From: Flavobacteriaceae bacterium
GTDB taxonomy: Bacteria > Bacteroidota > Bacteroidia > Flavobacteriales > Flavobacteriaceae
DNA: 32,000 nucleotides
Assembly: GCA_965224465.1 (NCBI GenBank)
Contig: OZ245049.1
Location: forward strand, 570,001-602,000
Reading direction: 5' to 3'
Below the pieces are notes generated by a model. It was given only the letters and a program-made list of their open reading frames with translations, had not been told where the DNA came from and ran no database searches. The position numbers and the translations under genes were made by a program. Positions 27,149 through 32,000 of the stretch are shown one piece after another; the stretch's first letter is position 1; each line of letters begins with the position of its first letter.

Positions 27149-28563
27149 GGGACTGTAAACTCAACTCTGTCTGAATAAAAAAAAGTATTAACTTTATTCA
27201 AACAGAAAACATGACAAAAGACGAGTTAGCCAACATTGAAAAAAAGGCATTGGATCAATTATTATCAGGAAAAAGTTTATTCGGAAAAGAAGGTGCCTTT
27301 GCTCCTTTAATGAAACAATTTCTTGAGAAAGCATTGGAAGCAGAAATGGAATCACACCTTAGTGAAGAGGAACGTTCTAAAGGGAATAAACGTAACGGAA
27401 AGGGCAAAAAGACTGTTAAAACTAGTATTGGTAGTTTTGAAATAAGCACGCCAGCGGATAGAAATAGTAGTTTCGAGCCTGTTCTGATAAAAAAGCGTCA
27501 AACCATTTTAGCAGATAATTTATCAGATAAGATCATTGGATTATATGGACTAGGAATGAGCTTACGCGATATTTCTGGTCATATAAAAGAGATGTATGAT
27601 ACAGATATATCACACACTGTTTTAAGTCAAATTACAGATAAGATCATACCAGATATAAAACAATGGCAAAGTCGTCCAATAGAACAGATGTACTGCATTG
27701 TTTGGCTTGACGCTATGCATTACAAGGTAAAAGTAGACGGTAAAATACAACACAAAGCACTTTACAATGTTTTAGGAGTAAATAAAGAAGGGATCAAAGA
27801 GGTTTTAGGAATGTATATTTCAGAAAGTGAAGGTGCAAATTTTTGGCTTCAAGTATTGACAGACCTTAATAACAGAGGGCTTAAGGATATCCTAATTGCC
27901 TGTACAGACAACTTAAAAGGGTTTTCAGAAGCTATCTTGAGTGTCTTTCCTAAAACACAAATTCAAAAGTGTATTGTTCATCAAATTCGTAATTCTTTAA
28001 AGTATATAGCTTCCAAAGACCAAAAAGAATTTATTCGAGATTTAAAGCTTGTTTACAAGGCTGTTAATAAAGATATTGCTGAGTTGGAGTTATTGAAATT
28101 AGAAGAAAAATGGGGAGAAAAATACCCTGTAGTTTTAGAAAGTTGGAACCGTAATTGGGAAGAGTTATCTCAGTTTTTTCAGTATACAGAACCTATCAGA
28201 AAAATAATTTACACAACAAATGCAGTAGAAGGTTTTCATAGACAGGTAAGAAAAGTAACTAAAACAAAAGGGGCTTTTACCAGTGATATGGCACTATTGA
28301 AGCTTGTTTACTTAGCAACAAAAAATATCGAAAAAAAATGGACAAACCCTTTACATAATTGGTGCTTGACAATTCAACAATTATATATTAAATTTGAAGA
28401 TCGAATAACGTTGGATTTACATAAAAACGGAAGCAATTCGTGACGCTAGCCGCTAGGGCTCATTTTAAAATAGTTCGATTTTTAAAGCAGCCTTATGAAG
28501 AGAAAATCGAACTATTTTAAAACGTAGAAAAAAATAAGCAGACAGAGTTTAAATTACACAACC
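27149..28563 (+). mobile_element. IS256-family insertion sequence (1415 bp) with 8-bp target site duplication
   Basis: IRs are GGGACTGTAAACTCAACTCTGTCTG (27149-73) and CAGACAGAGTTTAAATTACACAACC (28539-63), 18/25 matching. It is flanked by GTTACTTT at 27141-48 and 28564-71. The uninterrupted paralogous site ...TATGTGTTACTTTTTCAATATTC is present at 28915-28937. Confidence 0.92.
27211..28443 (+). CDS. IS256-family (Mutator-like) DDE transposase
   Basis: 410 aa with IVWLDAMHYKV, ACTDNLKGF, CIVHQIRNSLKY and TTNAVEGFHRQVRK, which are typical IS256/Transposase_mut signatures. Confidence 0.93.
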   Translation: MTKDELANIEKKALDQLLSGKSLFGKEGAFAPLMKQFLEKALEAEMESHLSEEERSKGNKRNGKGKKTVKTSIGSFEISTPADRNSSFEPVLIKKRQTILADNLSDKIIGLYGLGMSLRDISGHIKEMYDTDISHTVLSQITDKIIPDIKQWQSRPIEQMYCIVWLDAMHYKVKVDGKIQHKALYNVLGVNKEGIKEVLGMYISESEGANFWLQVLTDLNNRGLKDILIACTDNLKGFSEAILSVFPKTQIQKCIVHQIRNSLKYIASKDQKEFIRDLKLVYKAVNKDIAELELLKLEEKWGEKYPVVLESWNRNWEELSQFFQYTEPIRKIIYTTNAVEGFHRQVRKVTKTKGAFTSDMALLKLVYLATKNIEKKWTNPLHNWCLTIQQLYIKFEDRITLDLHKNGSNS

Positions 28564-28705
28564 GTTACTTTTTCAATATTCATTTTTATTCTCGATTCAA
28601 TTTCTTAATCGTTGATTTTTTTAATACTTCAATTACTGGATTGTCCACAAGTATCACTGGAAGCAATCCTTCATTGTTTATATAATTTGTTGCACTTGAA
28701 TACGT

Positions 28706-28939
28706 TTAATGCTCCGATTTTTCCACTACATCTGCCTTTACAGAGTTCAAATGAATATCATCTAATTTTGACCACATAAACTTTACCGAATATATTTCTT
28801 CTGCATGATTGCCATATTGCCAGAATTGATGATTTTTATTATGGGTTTTAATAGCCATTTTAAAGTGTTCTAGCATCCAGCTGCGCAAAGTCTCCCGACT
28901 TTGAGGGTTGTTTTTATGTGTTACTTTTTCAATATTCAT
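28706..28939 (-). pseudogene. truncated Y1 (IS200/IS605- or RAYT-like) transposase fragment, tandem copy 1
   Basis: QSRETLRSWMLEHFK...FWQYGNHAEEIYS...DDIHLNSVKADVVEKSEH. This is the C-terminal half of the family only (..FWQ..yhD..I....l.YIH.NPVKAGLV..), with no HUH region. Its start codon is created by the duplication junction. Confidence 0.6.
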
Positions 28940-28941
28940 TT

Positions 28942-29277
28942 TTATTCTCGATTCAATTTCTTAATCGTTGATTTTTTTAATACTTCAATTACTGGATTGT
29001 CCACAAGTATCACTGGAAGCAATCCTTCATTGTTTATATAATTTATTGCACTTGAACACGTATAATGCTCAATTTTTTCCACTACACCTGCCTTTACAGG
29101 TTTCAAATGAATATCATCTAATTTTGACCACATAAACTTTACCGAATATATTTCTTCTGCATGATTGCCATATTGCCAGAATTGATGATTTTTATTATGG
29201 GTTTTAATAGCCATTTTAAAGTGTTCTAGCATCCAGCTGCGCAAAGTCTCCCGACTTTGAGCTGTATATGTAAACAT
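28942..29277 (-). pseudogene. truncated Y1 (IS200/IS605- or RAYT-like) transposase fragment, tandem copy 2
   Basis: 111 aa with FWQYGNHAEEIYSVKFMWSKLDDIHLKPVKAGVVEKIEHYTCSSAINY. The N-terminal HUH half is missing. Confidence 0.6.
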
Positions 29278-29342
29278 TCATGAGAGCTACGCAGTTATTC
29301 ACTCCCTTTTGTTTTTTTAGAGGTGTTCCTGAGAGCTACGCA

Positions 29343-29443
29343 GTTCAGAACGTAACTCCTGCGCATGAAGGATGGAGGACTTGCAGCCTCTAGATTAATT
29401 AACTACCTTTCCGTAGTTAAAAACGCGCATGCTGGGCACACAC
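29343..29443 (-). mobile_element. orphan 5' fragment (about 100 nt) of the same group II intron
   Basis: It aligns by eye with one indel to 25903-25996: TTCAGAACGT.ACTCCTGC.CAT.A.GGACTTGCA.CCTCTAGATTAATTAACTACCTTTCCGTAGTTAAAA..GC.CATGCTGGGCACACAC. It ends at the same GTGTGTGCCC 5' terminus. Confidence 0.8.
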
Positions 29444-29476
29444 AATAATTAGGACAAAACTCAAGAAAATATAATT

Positions 29477-30403
29477 ATGATAAGAATTCAATTGGTAATT
29501 GTATTAATTTTAATTTCAAATTTAATGTTGGCTCAAAATGAGAATGAAGTATTGCAATTTGACAAAATATTAAACCAATTTCACAATGTACGAGACTTTT
29601 GTATTTCAAGTAATGGGAATGAAGCATTTATTACTCTACAAAGCCCTAATGGAAAAATTTCTCAGTTAGCTACAATTAAAAAGAAAAAAAATGAATGGAC
29701 AGAACCGAAATTATTACCCTTCTGCGATTCTAATATGTATTTAGAGCCCTTCTTATCTTACACTGGGAATCGACTATTTTTTGTTTCTAATAGACCTTTA
29801 AGTGATTCAATTAGTCGTAAAAAGAACTTTGATATATGGTATGTTGACAGAAATAATAGTAATGAAAAATGGTCTGAACCTAAAAACATTGGAAATCCAA
29901 TTAATTCTGAATTAGATGAGTTTTACCCTTCAGTTAGCGAAAACAACAATCTATATTTTACAATGGACTCGCCAAATGGATTAGGAAAAGATGATATTTA
30001 TTTTTGTAAATGGGAAGTAAATAAATATTTAGCGCCTGTTCTTTTAAATGAAAATATTAATAGTAATGGGTATGAATTTAATGCTTTTATCTCTAAAAAA
30101 GAGGATTTCCTATTATTTACAAAATACAATAAAAAAGGAGGACAAGGAAGTGGCGATTTATACATTTCAAAAAAAAATATTGAGGGAAAATGGCAAAAAT
30201 CGATAAATTTAGACACACCCATTAATACAAAATATATGGAATATTGTCCTTTTTATGATGAGAAAAATGAAATCTTATATTTTACAAGTAAGAGACAAAA
30301 TAGTTCGCCTAAAAAATTTAAAGATATTTCTGATTTTAAAAAATATATTGAAGAGAGCGAAAACGGGTTGAGTAAAATTTATATGATTTCTATAAAATTA
30401 TAA
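29477..30403 (+). CDS. secreted TolB/PD40-like beta-propeller repeat protein
   Basis: Signal peptide MIRIQLVIVLILISNLMLA/QN. Repeated PD40-type segments are present: EPFLSYTGNRLFFVSNRP, EFYPSVSENNNLYFTMDSPNGLGKDDIYF, EFNAFISKKEDFLLFTKY and EYCPFYDEKNEILYFTSKR. Confidence 0.7.
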   Translation: MIRIQLVIVLILISNLMLAQNENEVLQFDKILNQFHNVRDFCISSNGNEAFITLQSPNGKISQLATIKKKKNEWTEPKLLPFCDSNMYLEPFLSYTGNRLFFVSNRPLSDSISRKKNFDIWYVDRNNSNEKWSEPKNIGNPINSELDEFYPSVSENNNLYFTMDSPNGLGKDDIYFCKWEVNKYLAPVLLNENINSNGYEFNAFISKKEDFLLFTKYNKKGGQGSGDLYISKKNIEGKWQKSINLDTPINTKYMEYCPFYDEKNEILYFTSKRQNSSPKKFKDISDFKKYIEESENGLSKIYMISIKL

Positions 30404-30413
30404 TAGAAACTAT

Positions 30414-30987
30414 AATAACAGGATGTTCGTGCGATGCATAGCGCCCATCATAAACATCCTGTTGACTATACCGGCTCAAAAGATGATGCTATAGGGATTG
30501 TGTGACTTAATTAAGAGGCTATCGACAAAAACCTAAATAGGTACCACCTGTTTTTAGATACGGATACGCATTGGTCAGTAGTGTTTTGGCTTGCGTTTCC
30601 CAGTACGTGGCTACGTTTGTTTATTTTCGGTTATTATTACATGCTTTTATTCGTTGTAACCAATAAGCAGCTGGGGCCTCTTCTGCTAAACAGATAGCCT
30701 GTTTTGAGTTTTCCTATCTTATAGTCGTTCTATTTTTCAACAACGCTAGAATGCAAAATAAACTATTTATATCAGTTATTTTGGATTGTAATTTTATTAG
30801 GTTATGGTTCTCCAAAAACCACAGAGATATACACCAAGACCATCGAAATAAAAAAATAGTTGGACCGCTTGAAAATTTAAAAAAATTGAATACTTTTATA
30901 AAAAAACAACAGACACCCCGGAACTATTATAGACATAACGGAAATAACGTCAAGTTTTGGAAGTTTATTGATGATATATGGGTGTTG
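30414..30987 (+). repeat. inter-cassette spacer, copy 1: boundary motif 3, 347-bp GC-richer segment, recombinase 3' remnant B (30719-30880) and 72-nt leader B (30916-30987)
   Basis: AATAAC lies at 30414, a hairpin pairs CAGGATGTT (30419-27) with AACATCCTG (30453-61), and TGTTGACTA lies at 30460-68. Segment 30434-30780 is 100% identical to 31654-32000. The remnant reads L*SFYFSTTLECKINYLYQLFWIVILLGYGSPKTTEIYT, then after a frameshift KIVGPLENL. Confidence 0.85.
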
Positions 30988-31009
30988 AGCTTAATAAAAA
31001 ACAAAAAAA

Positions 31010-31123
31010 ATGGAAGTAAAAACAGGGTTCATATTAGTTGCGATTTTTTCAATACTTGCAGGAAGTTATGCTATTTATGCGTCATATAAAAACTCACACA
31101 AAAACTATTCTCAAAAAAATTAA
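31010..31123 (+). CDS. small hydrophobic ORF, possibly the frameshifted 5' part of the LRR gene
   Basis: ATG 22 nt after the leader end gives MEVKTGFILVAIFSILAGSYAIYASYKNSHKNYSQKN (one TM helix). The next ORF's frame is open from 31090 but has no ATG. Confidence 0.3.
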   Translation: MEVKTGFILVAIFSILAGSYAIYASYKNSHKNYSQKN

Positions 31124-31170
31124 AACATAGATTAGTTCAAAACATACTTGGAATAAATGGAGCAAGAGTC

Positions 31171-31629
31171 TTGTATGGATTTTTAGGATTGGGATTAATT
31201 TTGTTCGGTACTTTTATATTGTTTCAATTTTTTGTAACCCCCAAATTAGGTAATGAATATAATAATAAAACGAATCAATTTATCATTTCATCAAGAACAA
31301 TTAATAAAGAAGGATATACTTTAAATTCAAATATTATAACAAATTTAAATCAATTAGAATCAAGAATAAAATTTGGAGGAGAAGAACAATTAAATCAATA
31401 TGTGAAGATTAGTTTTAAGAATAATTATCTCGAAGAAATACCTCAAATAGTTTGGAAAATGAAAAACCTGACAACTATAGATTTAACATATAACAAAATT
31501 GTAAATTTAAACATTGAACAAATTTCCAAAATGGATAGTTTAAAAATAATTGTGTTAAAAAACAACCCTATTACAAAGGAAAATATTAATAAATTAAGGA
31601 AGAAAACAAGTATTGAAATACGATACTAA
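31171..31629 (+). CDS. membrane-anchored leucine-rich-repeat protein (TTG start or frameshifted)
   Basis: TM helix GFLGLGLILFGTFILFQFFV. LRR units: NYLEEIPQIVWKMKNLTTIDLTYNKIVNLNIEQISKMDSLKIIVLKNNPI. Confidence 0.6.
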   Translation: MYGFLGLGLILFGTFILFQFFVTPKLGNEYNNKTNQFIISSRTINKEGYTLNSNIITNLNQLESRIKFGGEEQLNQYVKISFKNNYLEEIPQIVWKMKNLTTIDLTYNKIVNLNIEQISKMDSLKIIVLKNNPITKENINKLRKKTSIEIRY

Positions 31630-31633
31630 GCCT

Positions 31634-32000
31634 AATAACTAAGTGTTCGTGCGGTGCATAGCGCCCATCATAAACATCCTGTTGACTATACCGGCTCAAA
31701 AGATGATGCTATAGGGATTGTGTGACTTAATTAAGAGGCTATCGACAAAAACCTAAATAGGTACCACCTGTTTTTAGATACGGATACGCATTGGTCAGTA
31801 GTGTTTTGGCTTGCGTTTCCCAGTACGTGGCTACGTTTGTTTATTTTCGGTTATTATTACATGCTTTTATTCGTTGTAACCAATAAGCAGCTGGGGCCTC
31901 TTCTGCTAAACAGATAGCCTGTTTTGAGTTTTCCTATCTTATAGTCGTTCTATTTTTCAACAACGCTAGAATGCAAAATAAACTATTTATATCAGTTATT
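31634..32000 (+). repeat. inter-cassette spacer, copy 2 (boundary motif 4 plus the identical 347-bp segment), truncated by the window edge
   Basis: Offset of exactly 1220 bp from copy 1. It is identical from 31654 to the window end. Confidence 0.9.

Larger units (their letters stand above)
27101..29261. repeat. 356-bp tandem duplication (2 units bounded by three copies of a 26-bp hairpin motif), unit 1 interrupted by IS256
   Basis: GCTGCGCAAAGTCTCCCGACTTTGAG occurs at 27101, 28880 and 29236. The spacing is 356 bp once the 1415-bp IS and the 8-bp duplication are removed. Units 28564-28905 and 28920-29261 are near-identical. Confidence 0.85.

Noticed and set aside
27101-29261. CRISPR array or other short-repeat array
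   Set aside because: The repeat period is 356 bp with near-identical 'spacers', so this is a tandem duplication. No 25-40 bp repeats at regular spacing and no cas genes occur anywhere in the window.
30434-30718. The identical GC-richer 285 nt as a structured ncRNA, riboswitch or tRNA-like gene
   Set aside because: I could not find a convincing conserved fold or cloverleaf by eye. With only two identical copies there is no covariation evidence, so decayed recombinase coding sequence is at least as likely. It is left as an open question under the findings.
30751-31089. 112-aa ORF from the track
   Set aside because: It spans the decayed recombinase 3' end, the conserved leader and the start of the next cassette in a frame unrelated to any of them. 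It is best explained as a chance open frame in AT-rich DNA.
18223-32000. Canonical integron (IntI plus attI plus attC cassettes)
   Set aside because: No IntI-type integrase lies adjacent to and divergent from the array. The boundary cores only partly fit RYYYAAC/GTTRRRY, only 2 of 4 motifs have a clear stem, and junctions carry long recombinase-remnant spacers that integrons lack. It was kept as integron-like in logic only.

Overview
AT-rich Bacteroidota (Flavobacteriia-like) chromosomal segment in two parts. (1) 1-18.2 kb is a Bacteroidota-type type VI secretion locus (T6SS-iii). It has divergent tssB-tssC (+) and a tightly packed 11-gene minus-strand operon: tssE, tssF, clpV, tssG, tssN, tssK, tssO, a TssO-like protein, a PKD/TssP-like protein, tssR and an unknown bitopic protein. 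A separate hcp-vgrG module follows, in which hcp is reduced to about its first 40 codons, then an intact vgrG and the start of downstream genes. (2) 18.2-32 kb is a plus-strand series of AT-rich cassettes encoding secreted, lipoprotein or membrane repeat proteins. The cassettes are separated by shared non-coding modules: a conserved 3' boundary motif, decayed tyrosine-recombinase 3' ends and a 72-nt conserved leader. Mobile DNA has colonised this half heavily. It holds an integrase plus IS91-family (Y2 HUH) transposase pair, a group IIC intron whose RT/maturase gene is split by an IS30 element, and an orphan 5' fragment of the same intron. It also holds an IS256-family element with an 8-bp target duplication, inserted into a 356-bp tandem duplication of a truncated Y1 (IS200/RAYT-like) transposase gene. 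No rRNA, tRNA or CRISPR array was seen. The main hypothesis is that the right half is an integron-like / recombinase-associated cassette array, possibly orphan T6SS immunity genes, attached to the T6SS locus. All family assignments come from motif recognition by eye and were not checked against databases.
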